The notes: generated by a model from the letters alone, not told the origin. Shown: positions 14,601-28,520, counted from the first letter of the stretch. The stretch: 64,000 nt of DNA from Octopus vulgaris (GCA_951406725.2 OX597814.1:168020001-168084000), one strand, 5' to 3'. Made by a program: numbers and translations.

Positions 14601-17600
14601 CCTTAAAGGAATGGAAGGCAAAGTGAGATTTGTACTCAGAATGTAAAGAGCCAGAAGAAATATGCTAAGCATTTTCTTGTATATGCTAATGATTCTGTCA
14701 ACTCACCACCTAGTTGCTTCATTACTCCTTCATAACTATAGACTTCTAGTCCCTGTCAAATGTCTCCTATAGGTCAGAAAAGGTTGCTAACTTTTTTATT
14801 AGTCTTCTGAGTCTTTCTATTAAACTCTTTAACTATAATGTTGTTGAACTAAACCTAATAAATAATTTCCAAAAATATTGGCATTCCTAAGTATTTTAAA
14901 ATAAAATTTTGTTCTTATTTCCTAATTCAAATTTTTTTTTCTAACACAATTTTAGGTCTCATCTTATGAGTATAATTTTGTGCAAAATGAGTAATGATAT
15001 TTTACCTGCCTCAAGACGCTCAACTGCTCAGCAGTATATTCCCCCAAAGGCTCTACCTGGCAAAGTCATGGATCAGACGACACAAGCCATATTTGAAAAA
15101 GGCTGGGTAGATTTACGGAGTCTACATGCTTTAGAACAATTATTAAATTTATGTGGGTCTGACTGGTTTAGTGATAGGCTTGTTGCAGTAAGTATCCTTT
15201 TTTCTTTTCTTTTGTATTTGTTCCCTTAACATATCAGTCAATTTTCTCAATTTTATAATAATACTTTAAATACAAACAACGTTGTTTTCCAAGAGAGAAA
15301 TATATAAAATTGGAGAAATATGTATTTATGAAAGTATCCTTCATGGCTGTATAATTTAGAAGTCGCTTCATAACCACATAGTTCTGAGCTTGACCCTACT
15401 CCATGGCACTTTAGGCAAGTTTCTTATACAATAGTTTGAGTGCCAATGCCTTACGAGCAAAATTTGATAGATAGAAACTGTGCAGATGCCGTTTTATATG
15501 TATGTGTATATCTTTTGATAATACATATTGGTGAAAGAGTTAAACAGTGTTGAAGAGAAAAAATGGTGCTTTGAATAAAAATACCCTGTGTAATATTTGT
15601 TGTGCCTCAGTTGCACATCCAATCCCTTGTCACTTGAGCCATTAAAAATCCAGTGATTTAATTACTGTTGGAAACTAACCAGCAATGTTGTTATTGTTCA
15701 GCAACTGCAATGGCCTGGCTCTCTGTCAGTTATGAACTGTGTTCCAGTTGATGCAATCAATTGAACAGCCTGCTCATGAAATTAACATGCAAGTGGCTGA
15801 TCACTTGACAGTCACAGGTACGCTTAACATATTTCTCAGGGAGGTTCAACAAGGCTGTGACAAGGCTGGCCCTTTGAATTACAGGTACTATTCAGTTTTA
15901 CCAGCTGAGTAGACTTGAGCAATGAGAAATAGTGTCTTGCTCAATGACACAGCCAGGAATCAGACTCATTACATTACAATTGTGAGCCAAATTTCCAGCC
16001 ACTATGCCACAAACCTCCTCCAAATACAATATAAAGTGAAATAATAAGCACAGGAGTGGCTGTGTAGTAAGAATCTTTCTTCCCAACCACATAGTTCCAG
16101 GTTCAGTCCCACTGTGTGGCACATTGGGCAAGTGTCTTCTACCAAAGCCTTATGAGTGGATTTGGTAGAGATGGAAACTGAAAGAAGCCCATCATATATA
16201 TATGTGTGTGTGTGTGTTATTTATGTCTGTGTTTGTCCCCCTGCTATTGCTTGACAACTGATGTTGGTATGTTTACATCCCTGTGTCTCAGCGATTTGGC
16301 AAAAAGAGACCAATAGAATAAGTCCTAGGGTCAATTTGCTTGGCTAAAGGCAATGCTCCAGCATGGCCACAGTCAAATGACTGAAACACCTAAAAGAATG
16401 CAAGTATCCTATTTCCATAAAGTAAAAGTATACTGCCTTACACTAGCCACCATATCTAACTGCATTTAAATATAATCTCCTTGCCAGTGATTTCAGTTAC
16501 TATTAGCCAATGAAGTACATTTTATTAAACAATGTTTCATTATCATGAATAATATTTAATTGACTTATTGCTGTACATTTCAAAGATGCTTAACGAGTTC
16601 AAATTTCTTGTTCCTGCAGATGATGCTAGCTGGTAATCGGCTTGAAGATTTATCCTTATCTCTTAGTTTATCATTTGCTCTTTGCCACATGGACCTTGAG
16701 AATATCAGCTTAAGTCTGCTGTTACACACTCTTCCCAACATACTGAGTTCCCGACATAAAATGCATATGCTCGTCAATCCCCGAGGTGCAATGTTAGCAA
16801 AACTATGTGTTATGTGCATTGTAGGAGCTCAGATGGCAAAATCAAATAGTAAAGGTGAGTGTATTTAACTGTAGAATCCTCTGTATGCGTGTCTCCCTCT
16901 CAGCTACTACACACATTTTTTTTCTCTCCTTGTTTTTTTCTGTGTATCTTTCTGTAGAAGAGTGTAGACTCGAAACGTATAAGACTTTTTCTATTCCTGA
17001 GCGCTATACTAATACATCTGTTTGTTTGTACACCACCTGCCTTCATCTTTTGTTTATTTTTATAAACTTTCCCTTTATATATATATATACTAGCAGCTCA
17101 TGGTTTTTGCTTGTTTTTGTAATTTTCAGATTCATTCCATTACACTAAAAGAGGACGAAAACGCCCATTCCATGAAGTAGACTGGGAGGTAAGTATTAGT
17201 TTTATTTAGCAGTCAGGCCCCAATATTTTTATGTAAAAAATATGTAACTTCTTGTGTATTGAGATTCAGATTATTTTATAGAATTTTCGAAAATATCACT
17301 CTTATTATTATGAATTTTGTAAAAATGGATCCACTTTTTTTAATTTGGAAGCATCTCTCGTAATTATCTCATATTAAGCACCATTCTAGTGTGGTCATTG
17401 CCAGTGCCACCTGACTGGCTCCTGTGCTGGTGGCATGTAAAAAGCACCATTCAAGCATGGTTGATGCATGTACTGCCTGACTGGCCTTGTGCTGGTGGCA
17501 CATAAAAATCACCCACTACATTCTTGGAGTGGTTGGCGTTAGGAAGGGCATCCAGCTGTAGAAACCTTGCCAGATCAGATTGGAACCTGGTGCAGCCTTC

Positions 17601-18003
17601 TGGCTTGCCAGTCCTCAGTCAAACTGTTCAACCCATGCCAGCATGGAAAGTGGACGTTAAACGACGATGATGATTAAGATGGCTGTTGTATGATCACTGA
17701 TTCCTCACGTGCTTGATAAAGTATTTCATTTTATTATAAACTATGGTACATCACAGTTTGGTTTTTCTTCATTTTACTGAACCATAGTGAAATGGGTTTT
17801 AATCACCAAACAGTGAGTGATGAGTATTACTTTCCTTTCTCTGGCATTCATAACCAGAACCAGCTTTATGACTTTCACAGACAGTCTTCAAATTTGAAAG
17901 TATTTGATAGCTAAAATATCATAGCACAACTGCATGCACATTATCTACAGATGCTTGCTCTCTCTGTCTCTGTCTCTCTCTCTTTCTCATCATATATATG
18001 TAT

Positions 18004-18046
<43 letters not shown>

Positions 18047-21000
18047 TTCTGTTGTGGTGTACAGATTCTATATTTATAAAAGAAGAAAGTAGACAGAAGA
18101 TGTGGTACTGTGTTATTAATTATATTGTTTTAGTGCTTTCTTTCTTTATAGACCTTCTCAAAAATTATATTTTTGGGCACTGTTGTTCTTCATAGACCTT
18201 TTCAAAAATTCATGTTATAAACCATTTTCACCAACTTCTGACTACTTTCTATAAGCCAATATAACAGTTGGTGTCATGAAGTTTACAACTCACAGTAGAA
18301 TGCTAAGTTCACTGTAGACCTACTACATGTTATTCAAGAATAAGAATGCTTTGCTTCACAGAATCAATGTTCTGCTAAGCAAACCATTATAATGTTGAAA
18401 TAGAAGTAATGTTAGTATCTTTGTTGCACATTTTATTTAACATGCACCATTATCATCATTTAATGTCTGCCTCCCATGCTGGTTGGACAGTTTGACAGCA
18501 GCTGGCTAAGTAGGAGCTTACACCAGACTCCTGTGTCTGTTTTGGCATGGTTTTTAATGGCTGGATGCCCTTTATGTGGGTCTGACTGGTTTAGTGATAG
18601 GCTTGTTGCAGTAAGTATCCTTTTTTCCTTTTCTTTGTTCCCTTAACATATCAGTCAATTTTCTCAATTTTATAATAATACTTTAAATACAAACAAGGTT
18701 GTTTTCCAAGAGAGTGGGCTGAGTACTTTTTACATGGCATCAATGCAGGTGAGGTCAGTTTTGGCATGGTTTTTACAGTTGGGTGCCCTTCCAAATGCCA
18801 ACCACTTCACAGTGTGGACTGGATGCTTTTTACATGGTGCCAGCACTGGCTGGATCACCAAGTAACTTGCAAGACGAGGAATATTTGAGTGGGGAGGGGG
18901 CATTGGAGGAGGTGATCTTGTGTCAGATGATTAATTACTAAATCAAAATAATTTGAAGTAAAGAAAGGGCAATATTTTATGACTATTGCAATAATGAAAA
19001 TTAATTTTATTTTTGTAACATTTTCCCTTTCAGGAACCTGAAGATGAAAATAGAAAAAACAAAATGCGTAAAGTTCATGAACCTCAAATTACACTCGACT
19101 CAGAAGGTTTTAATTTGGGTAAATATAAATATAATTTTTGTTCTATAAAAATAGCCTTGCTTGTCTTTTATTAAATTCATTTGAAATGTTATTCATAGAA
19201 ATGATTACTATTGTTGATATCTTTCACATTGACTACTCTTTATGACTTGCAGATTTCATTACTGCCAAAGAAGAAGGTGAACCATCACCACCCTATGATA
19301 CTAAAGATCCTTTGAACAAAGCAGTCTGTAAGTAAATGTTTAAATTATGTTAGTTATCTGAAAATCATTGTATGTAATATTGGTTTCAGATTTTGGCACA
19401 AGACCAGCAACTTCAGGGGAAGGATAAGTCAATTACATCAACCCCCAAAAAGATGAAAGCCAAAGTCGACCTCAACAGAATTTGAACTCAGAACATAAAG
19501 ATGGACAAAATGCTGCTAAGCATTTTACTTGGCATGCTAATGAGTCTTCTAGCTTTCTGACTTGTAATATTACCTAATGATATACGATATACACTCAGTG
19601 GTTAGAGTGTCGGGCTCACAATCACGAGATAGCGAGTTCAATTCCCAGGCTGGGCTGCATGTTGTGTTTTTGAGCAAGACACTTTATTTCATGTTGCTAC
19701 AGATCACTCAGCTGTGGAAATGAGTTGCAACATCACTGGTGCCAAGTTGCATCAGCCTTTGCCTTTCATAACATCATTGGCATGGAGAGGGGAGGCTGGT
19801 ATTCATGGGCAACTGCTGGTCTTCTATAAACATCCTTGCCCAGACTTGTGCCTCAGAGGAGAACTTTCTAGGTGCAATCCCAGGGTCATTCACAACTGTA
19901 GGAGGTCTTTACCCTTTATGAGAATATACATGTAACAACAATAATATTTCATACACACACATATATAAAACCATCATCATCTTCATTTAAACCTCATCAG
20001 CTGTAGAAAAATGGCTAAAATGGAATGTCCAAGAAAGATATAAACTCTACTATCTGCTTCATAAGGTACCCATCTATGAGGACAGTAACTCTGAATAAGA
20101 ACTGGTGCAGAGAACATTTTTGTTGTCTTCTTTAACATGTTGACATGGATTGTTGTTGACCATGTCACTTACCTCCTGACTGACTGGGCAAGTCAAAGAT
20201 TATGCCTCACTTGTAGATTCTGTTTTGGTATATTTTCTGTAGCTAGATACCCTTCCTATCACCAACCATTTTGCAAAGTGCACTCAGAGTGCAACAAAGA
20301 TTGTAATATTACTTGTGGAGGCACGTGACTTAGTGGTTAGGGTGTCAGCATCATGATCATAAGATTGTGGTTTCGATTCCTGGACCGGGCGACGCGTTGT
20401 GTTCTTGAGCAAAACACTTCATTTCACGTTGCTCCAGTCCACTCAGCTGGCAAAAATGAGTAACGCTGCGATGGACTGGCGTCCTGTCCAGCTGGGGAAC
20501 ACATACGCCATAGAAACTGGGAAACTGGGCCCATGAGACATCATAACCTCTTTTACTAATGAAGATTAAATATTTACTCTATCAGCTGATATCTTTGTAG
20601 TTAAATTTTCATAATGTTCAAATATTTTCTTTCCTCTCAATAGTGAATCTCATGAGGATGATGAACTCACTCTTACATAGCAGTATAATCAGCCCTCGAA
20701 CTGGTTTTGTAGCTGCACTTATTGAAGAAGCAGTACGATGTGGCAGGCAATATTCTCGTCTTATTCTTCAATTCATGCCTCAAGGAATGGTAGGTTTACA
20801 GCGTTTTTTTTTTTGTTTTTTTTTTTTATTCTGAAGAAAACAAATGTTATCAATATGTTGAAAAATAATCCCAGAATCACTTCATCAGAAGTGTTTATAT
20901 GGACTCAATACCTTTACTTTAAAAATTGTATATTAATAATTTGTAGATAGTGTTTGTTTAATTCAATAAATTTTCATTTTATGACATTACATTTGAAATT

Positions 21001-21725
21001 CATGCTGATATTAGAAAAAAGATTAAGTCCCACCATTCAACCTGTCTGACACTTTCATAAAATGCTGGTAATAATCTAGCCAGACTAAAGTGTCTCATCT
21101 ACCCTACATTTTCTTTAATCCTTCATTGGGGACTGGTTACATTACTAGTAATGGTTTCTTTAATTCAGGAGGAATTTTTTTTCCTTGAAGTATGGAATAA
21201 CTTTTGAGTTAATGCAGGCATTAAAGCAAATTAATATTTTTTTCACTAGTCTAAAATTTGATTATTTTCTAAATAAATACTAGTTATTTTTAGATTGACA
21301 TTGTATGGTTGGTGTGAGAGGCTAAATCTGGTCTGTTTGAACATAAAACTGGTAGAATAATTGGGTCTGATATGGCCAGTTTAAATACTAATAGGTTAAA
21401 TCATTGAAAATGTAAAATTAATCACTCCAAATCCTTGGAGAGATTCAAACTTTGTATTGTTAAGTTGCCTTCTGCCATCTGATTGATTGATTGATAATAT
21501 AGGTAACAATGTAAATGAATCTGTTTTTAGTAGCTAAATGTTTAAGGTACTCGGTTCATAGCCTTTTGGGCATTGATTTATAATTGTTAAATATATATAA
21601 AATGTTTCAGTCTCTATAGACAACAATATCAGTAAAAGTGAAAAATATAAACCAAAGCCTTTTAATGAATATTGTTCCCTAAGAAAGGACTTAGAAATGA
21701 AAACAAAGATTTGTCAAAGAGAAAC

Positions 21726-21777
<52 letters not shown>

Positions 21778-22199
21778 CTTTTCAATCCAAAGGATGTCAG
21801 GAAAATGTCTTTTTAGTCAGATACAAAGTTTGGGATTTATAGAAAAAAGGTAAAAAGAAGTTTGGACATGCATGACCTCCCTAAGCAAATTAGCACCTAA
21901 ATTAAAAATGATTCAAACTGGGAATCAAAACTAGTTTATGAATTGAATTTGCTAAGTAATTAGAAATTCACTGCAGTATCTGCCATTATAGAAATAGTAA
22001 AAAATGAAGATTTCTTGATTATTGACTGTTATAACATTACTATAAACTTCCTCTGTTTCAGGTTACTCAGTTATTAAAATGTTTACCAGGATCTCTAACA
22101 AATCAACAAATTCTCTCTATATGTGATTTATCCACCACTGTGGGACGTAAAGTAGCAGCTAAAGCAATATACCAAAATGCACAGATGAAAAAAGTATAA
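5622..22199 (+). CDS. MED24: Mediator complex subunit 24, 3' half (11 coding exons; upstream exons not resolved or outside the window)
   Basis: GT-AG exons with consistent phases: 5622-5764, 7860-7980, 10161-10330, 11984-12083, 13295-13479, 14956-15187, 16620-16854, 17130-17188, 19034-19118, 19253-19327, 20644-20789, and terminal exon 22062-22199 (TAA); counting the terminal exon this is 12 segments. The translation TLDADYSKNQEPLLGVLSHMLSGKSFELILAAAAATGKL...RALLFDISFLMLCHIAQLYG...DLSTTVGRKVAAKAI matches recalled MED24 motifs (LLLAAAAATGKLKSF, RALLFDISFLMLCH). AATAAA lies at 22229-22234. Confidence 0.93.
9752..9963. mobile_element. Tigger/pogo-like MITE
   Basis: TA-flanked TIRs cagtaatccct...agggattactg. 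Confidence 0.7.
10421..11232. mobile_element. Mariner-type MITE interrupted by an LTR-like insertion
   Basis: TA-flanked TIRs tatgagtaggtgctgaaagttcctgg and ccaggaacttttcatcaccccctcata. Confidence 0.75.
10456..11041 (-). mobile_element. Probable solo LTR with a 28-29 bp minisatellite (about 5-6 units, 10873-11040)
   Basis: Begins TGTAA and splits the MITE at aaggg/aaagg. It contains tandem gcacacgcacactgaagaatgatgttcc units and a minus-strand AATAAA at 10570-10575. Confidence 0.55.
12620..13013 (+). mobile_element. RTE 3'-UTR fragment, representative of many copies (also about 4261-4620 -, 6681-7015 -, 14065-14225 -, 17378-17674 +, 18450-18870 -, 23348-23465 -, 30270-30870 +, 45918-46341 +, 58771-58917 -, 61832-62170 +)
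   Basis: Shared sequence ...ccactacactctcggagtggttggcgttaggaagggcatccagctgtagaaa...catgctagcatggaaagcggacgttaaa(GAT)n, the same as the 3' end of the 38-41 kb LINE. Confidence 0.85.
18571..18714 (+). repeat. Local duplicate of a MED24 exon end, donor site and intron start (source 15148-15297)
   Basis: Near-identical tttatgtgggtctgactggtttagtgataggcttgttgca|gtaagtatcc...gttttccaagagag. Confidence 0.92.
19595..19915 (+). mobile_element. Second tRNA-derived SINE family (copies at about 8533-8850 -, 20320-20537 +, 29600-29725 + and 36662-36992 -)
   Basis: Head ctcagtggttagagtgtcgg...gagttcaattccc and conserved core ttgagcaagacactttatttcacgttgctccagttcactcagctg. Confidence 0.75.
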
Positions 22200-22291
22200 A
22201 ATAACATTTCTTTTTTTTTTTTTTTATAAATAAAATTATAAATAATTTTCCCTTGTCTGTTTTTATTTCTTACATTATGATCATCATCATT

Positions 22292-22509
22292 TTAACCCTT
22301 TAGCATTCACATTATTCTGTCAAAAGTAATGCGTATTTATTCACATCGTTTAGAATTAATCATGCATTATCTCATAGCTTTGAGATATTGATGAGGCAAC
22401 TGTTAATTTTTAGTATGATTTTTTAGGGTTGGTGTGAGAGGCCAGGTTTGGCCAGTTTGGACATAAATATTTAGGCTCTATGTGGCTAGCTTAAATGCTA
22501 AAGGGTTAA
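22292..22509. mobile_element. piggyBac-like MITE with TTAA target (related copies near 5810-6022, 21290-21400 and 47097-47305)
   Basis: TTAA-ccctttagcatt ... aatgctaaaggg-TTAA. Confidence 0.75.
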
Positions 22510-24119
22510 TGTCTATTTTTCCATGCCTGCATAGTTCAGATGAGAGTACAATGGGGATGAGTTTTTACAGTTGGGTGCCTTTCCTGTCACTAACCCTATC
22601 TGTTTTGAGGTGAGGTAATAATCACTCAGTCTCTTGAACAACAAACAACCTAGCCATGTTTATGCTGGGAACTGGAAACAAATGGTAGCAGCTGAATGAG
22701 CATTTTCTTTACAAAGATCATGCAACATATCAAGTCAAGTTAAGAAACCCAGGCATGCTTTTGTGGTAGACTGCAATCGAATGACTGTTATGAAGGACTT
22801 TATTACAAACCAGCAAACAAGGGAAATATGAACTCCCACAAACACATACTTGTACATATTGTTATAAAGTTTGAGTTACAACAATAGTTTCATTTCTTGT
22901 AATAACAACTGCACATTTGTCAACATATTTATTTCGTCTCTTTGCTTATTGTTTAATTGGTCACAAGCATGCTATCAAGATTCAGCCAAGTCCTGAGCTT
23001 TTTATTCATTAATATATGATCCCAAAACTTAAGACAGGAAGCTAACAGAATTGTTAGCACACCAGGCAAAATGTTTAGTGGCATTTCATCCGTCTTTACA
23101 TTCTGAATTCAAATTTCACCATGGTCAGCTTTGCATTTCATCCTTCCAAGGTCAATAAAATAAGTATCAGTCAAGTGCTGGGGTTGATGCAATTGACTTA
23201 TCTCCTCTCAAAATTGCTGGCCTTGTACCAGAATTTTAAAACCAGTATGTGATCCCCAAACTCTATTGTTTTGGATTTCCACCTCTGGCTTTAAACAGCA
23301 AACACCATATGTAATACAAATGTATTTATTGATAATAAAATGATTTTCATCATCATTTAACATGTTTTCCATGCTGGCATGGATTGGACAGTTTGACTGA
23401 AAACTGGTTCCAGTCTGATTTGGCATGGTTTCTACGGCCGGATGCCCTTGCTAACACCAACCACTTCAAGATGGTACCTGATTCATAAGAAAGTACTAAA
23501 ATCAATTATAAAGTCCTAGTTATAATAATGATAATTTTATTTTGTTAGAAAGTTACTAAAATTATAAAGTCTGAACAATAGTAGTTTTATTAGAGGAAAA
23601 CTTCATGTGTCTGCACTTTTTTAACTGCTTCACCCTCCCATCCCCACCTTTAATAAAGAGATTTGATTTACTCCCCTGACTATTCATTACCAACTCTTCC
23701 CTTATGTATAGGTACGCAGTTTGAGTGTACTCCTTTCCGGCATCCCATACTGTTATGCATGTGTATAGTATATATTTGTGTGTAATGCATACATATGTAA
23801 GATATATACTGGGGGAGTGTATGATGACACCATCACTATTTCTCCTTGATGTTGCATCCTCTAAGCTTCTTTTTTCCAGCTAGCTAGAACCATCCCCCTT
23901 TCCCCCTTCATCCCCTTCTTTTCCTCTCCTTTCTTGCAGGTACTTGCCCTTGATAGTTTGTGGGATTGAGGAAAATTGTAATTCATTGAAATAGTAATCA
24001 TTTAATTGGACATGTATAGGAGCCCTCTGCCAGTTGGCAAGTGTTCGTTCAATTTTTTTCCCTTTCAGATGTTAACCACAGTACCCACAAATACTCCCCA
24101 GCTTTTCCTACAAGTCCAT

Positions 24120-24710
24120 GACTTTAGAGCTGCTATAATCAATATTGATTTAATGAAAGGTAGATTTGTGGAGATTGTTGAAATTCTAGGGCAGAAGCAT
24201 ATAGATGTGTGTTGTGTGCAATAGGTGAGATGGAAGGGGATCTCAGCTAGACTCCTCATGGGCAAGGAACAAAGATAAAAATTCTTTTGGGTGGACAGCA
24301 GTGATGGAATGAGTGGTGTAGGCAAACTTTTGGCAGAAAAATGTGATGATAGACTGACTGATGTGATAGGATAATTAAGCTGGGACTAATAATGTCAGAT
24401 AAAGCACCAGCACCATCTTTGCTCATACTCCACAATCTGGGCTGGCAGATAAAGAGAAGGACCAATTTTACAACACCCTTTTGCAGAACACCTCAGTAAT
24501 GACCTTATTTTAGCTGTTGACTTCAACAGACATATTGGACAGAACCCCATTGGATTCCAGGGCTTACATGGAGGTTACAGCTTTGTTTCTAGAAATGAGG
24601 AGAGAACAAGATAGCTGGTGTTCTGTAATGCAATTGAGTCAATGATCAGCAACACTAACTTCAGGGAACCAGTCAGCCATCCACCTGATCAGCTATTAGT
24701 ATGGTGGACA
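24120..24710 (+). mobile_element. Degenerate apurinic endonuclease fragment of an RTE-like LINE
   Basis: Translation NIDLMKGRFVEIVEILGQKHIDVCCVQ*VRWKG...FFWVDSSDGMSGVG, followed by decayed DFN and GFVSRNEE motifs with stops and frameshifts. Confidence 0.7.
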
Positions 24711-26429
24711 TGAAGAATGTACAACCCTTTCATAGGTTCGTGACTTCAGAAAATGGAGGATAATTGGATATTCTTACAGAATATATATGAATATGTTTTT
24801 TCATGCATCATCTTGTGGTGCACCTGGACATGTCATAAGTGATGTTTCCTGAGGTCATTAGGTGTTACAGGTCTTTCAATATCTGACACTCTAACCCAGA
24901 CGACCCATTTGGGATTAATCAAGCTCCAGTTTTGTCCAGTTAGCACTGCCACTTTCAGGGCTTGCACCTCTTGATCCGCAGCCACCCTGAGGAAACCTAC
25001 TGCTTCCACAGCCAACTTGATGGCTGGCAAACTTTCTGCATCCCACCTCGCTGATCATTCATTACTTTGGCATTCTCCCCTTACTCTCATTTTCCTACTC
25101 AATATGTTTCTCCTAGGGAATGGAGGTTCAACAGAACCACTTGTTTGGATGTTTCTAAAATCAGCACCACTTCCAGCCTTAGTGATGTTGAAGTAACAGT
25201 TTCTCAGAATTTTGGCTGCTTCTCCAGACCAACTTACTGCTCCTAATCTTTTGCCATTGCAAATAAGCCTGAGGTGACATCTTATTCTCAGCAGCCCTAA
25301 CAAAGGTGATAAACTTCTTTGTTTGTGACAGAGGTACATACAATAACTAATCCCATTTTGGTGGTATGAATCTCAGGTCAACAAAGCTGGAAAAAAGTGT
25401 TTGATTTTGCACCAGTTGTTTCGTTTTTGCTACTTTTATCTTTTTATGTCTCACTAACATTTCTTTCTCTCAAATTTGGCTTTCTTCCTTCCCCCCATGT
25501 CCTCTTAGTCTTCTTCCTCGCTCTTCTGTTCGCAACAATTCAGTCAATCCCAGGTCGTACACACAATCTCAAATATATTAGCAGATACACATACATGCAC
25601 ACATATGCATGACTTGTTAATTTTGCATGCTTGCAAATTGAGACAAGTGCATTTATATCATAAATGAAATATTATCTTAATGATATTATTTCATTGACAT
25701 CCTTAGCCAGTTAGTAATGGTGAAAACAAACAATTCAACTTTCTATTGTCTAATTGTAACCTTACCTCATTAATGTTTATATTTGAGGCTCTGGAATTAT
25801 ACATTTAGAATATATAAATTTAACAGATACATTATTTCATAAACAAGTTCTGGCGTGTTTTGACATAAGATTTATTTCAGTTGGAACACAGTTGTAACAA
25901 ACAAACAAAAAACAAAAATAGTAATAGTAATAATTTCCTTTGAATAATAATAGCCCCAGATAACATTTCATATTGAAATCTGTGAATTGAATGAGTTTGT
26001 ATGTTGTGGAATGAGAGGGAATCTCACGTTTCAGGCTGGACAAAAGGTCAAACCCAAACAGGAATATCTCAGCAATTGAAAATTATATTTTCCTTCAGAG
26101 AAAGTTGATTCTGAAATATCAAATTTCTCTTATCCCCAAGGCTTACTGAAACTCATAAACTTCAAACAAAAATGAGAATGTTAAAAAGAAAAGAACAAAT
26201 ATTTATAATACAGAAAGCAAACACCTGTACTCATATAAGAGAAACACTAATATTATTATTTTTCTTATCAGATAACATTTCAAGAAGGTTTAATTGTGTA
26301 TTTCACTTGAATAGACTGACCGTTTATATAATTCTTTGTTTGTTTATGTATTTTATTGTTTGCTCAAGGTATCAGGAAAGGATTTTCTCTTTTATCAATG
26401 GTGATTGCAATGACAATGACGATGACTTT

Positions 26430-27700
26430 TTTTTTATTTGCCACTAGGGGAACAATACAAAGACAGACATAAAATGTTGGGGTTTACTTAGAATTCAGTG
26501 ATACAAAACTAAAATCATAAAATATAACTAAACATGGTATAAAACATTAACAAAAATATGATGATAATGCAATTCTTCTGATGCAGGAGGACTTTCAGGG
26601 CCAATTGAAGAATTTCACCGTCTTGGCTATCTTTGAACACCAAAGGTAAATGCCCTCTGTATTTGTTGTTCCCCGCTCTCAACTACTTTCCAACAGAGCC
26701 ACTCTGGGGCAGCACCCCACTCTCTACTTTCACTTTCCTTTCAGAGTGAAACCTGCAAAAGTCAATGAAGGTCTTACCAAAGAGAAAAGTCTCTCATGTT
26801 TTCAACTTTGTCCTCCACACAACTTTTTTCACTGAAGCTACCCAACAGAGGAAAATTGCCTGGAAGCTGACAGAGCAAATATTACAACAGACTGGGTTGA
26901 TGGCCAAATCTGTCTCATATCCAATAGTAGCTATTTGATATAATTCCATGAGACAGCAATGCCAGGGCTCTAAATGTTTCAGACAGGTCCGTCTGTCTGT
27001 AACTGTAGAGTTTATCTCATACTAGTAAGCATTGCCAGGCCAAAGACTTTTGAAAATGATTCATAGTAGTCCCTGACCTGATAGTTATCTGCTATATCTC
27101 CTTTGTCAGCATCTTTTCTCAGCAGTATTTCCACTTCCTGGACCACAAAGCTAAAAATTTTTCATTCAACTGCCAGTTGTAGTAGTCATCTGAGGTCACC
27201 AAAGAAGTTGGGTATGAATTCATAAAACTCAAAAGGTGGTCCATCGAAACCAGATGATTTGCACCTTGCACAACTGTTCATCATCTCCTGTATTTCTGGG
27301 ACTGTTATCAGTTTTTCACAATAACCTATGTATTCTGCCAAAAGCTGTGGTGGGCCATCTTTGACCCATCACCTACCTTGAACAGTTGAATGAAGTGCTG
27401 CAGGAAAGCCACATGCTTTTATTGGAACTAAGGAACATGCACTCATCTTAATCAGTCAAAGACCAGATTGTAGCTTTGTTGCTATGTTGTATCTCCTCGC
27501 AAATCCATGTTGACTCATCCTCATATATCTTCACACTTACTCTCTGCACATACTTTACTATAGAGGTGAGAACAAACCATTTTGATTCTTGGATACTGTT
27601 TCTGATCACACCTTTCTTTCAGAACTGGGGTGATTCTAAGGACCTACTGTTGTCATTCCTTTCTGAAAGCTCTCATCTTTTTCTCTTCTCCAATTTTAAT
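26430..27700 (-). mobile_element. Highly decayed L1/Tx1-like LINE remnant
   Basis: Minus-strand KSSGFDG-like motif near 27240-27265, upstream of RT-like residues, with many stops. Confidence 0.4.
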
Positions 27701-28017
27701 TCTGTTGTATAGAAAAATGTATGAATGTGGAGCTGAGCAGAATAGTGGATCAGCAGAATTATCAAAATATCATCAGACAAAATGTTTTATATAATATAGT
27801 TACACCTTTTTATGTTCTGAGTTCAAATCTTGCAGTGATAAACTTTACTTTTCATCTTTCTGGAATCAATAAAATGAAATATAAGTCTACTATTGGAGTC
27901 AATATAGTTGACTGATCTTTACCTCTGCCAGGTCTCTAGCCTCGTACCTAAGCTAGAAATTATTATTAATATTACTGGGAAGGAAATTTCCACACTGCAG
28001 TGACATTTCTTTATGAT

Positions 28018-28520
28018 TACCGTAAATCCTCGAGTATAATACGCAGGGGATTTTTTGTACCTCTGAAAAACCTAAACCTTGTGTATAATACGCACCCCTT
28101 CTCTAACTTAAGTCATACATAATTAAACCAGCAGCACCTGGTCGAACAGACGCTTCTGTGCATGCTTAATACAATAATGGTGATGTTCTTAACTGTTATA
28201 TGGGAATGTAAATATGTTTGCAAATTGTTTTTGTTATATGTTATTCTGTGTTCTGAATACTTTTATTTTAATAAATTTTGCTTACTGCAAGTTATGGGTG
28301 ATTCTTTTATGACTTCACTGCTTTCAGACTTAGCTTAATTTATTTTCACGCCCGACATCACAAAATGCATCAGAATAAACATTGCCGGACACCAAATAGA
28401 GACTTGGATATTGCTTAGAAAGTATTTTTCATTTTTAACCTCGTATATAGTATGCACTAGGGATTTTGACCTTCAAATTTGGGGAAAAAGAATGCAGGTT
28501 ATACTCGAGGATTTACAGTA
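28018..28520. mobile_element. pogo/Tc1-like MITE
   Basis: TA-flanked TIRs ccgtaaatcctcgagtataa...ttatactcgaggatttacag. Confidence 0.8.

Noticed and set aside
15188-15202. GTATCCTTTT (U12-like) 4 nt into a MED24 intron
   Set aside because: The canonical gtaagt donor gives the correct frame, and the U12-like site would shift it.
20320-20390. tRNA-like sequence
   Set aside because: It is the A/B-box head of a SINE, continuing into the shared SINE core, without a complete cloverleaf.
24833-25339. Minus-strand ORFs of 65 and 94 aa in slightly GC-richer sequence
   Set aside because: No recognisable domain or exon structure; more likely a decayed retroelement ORF1.
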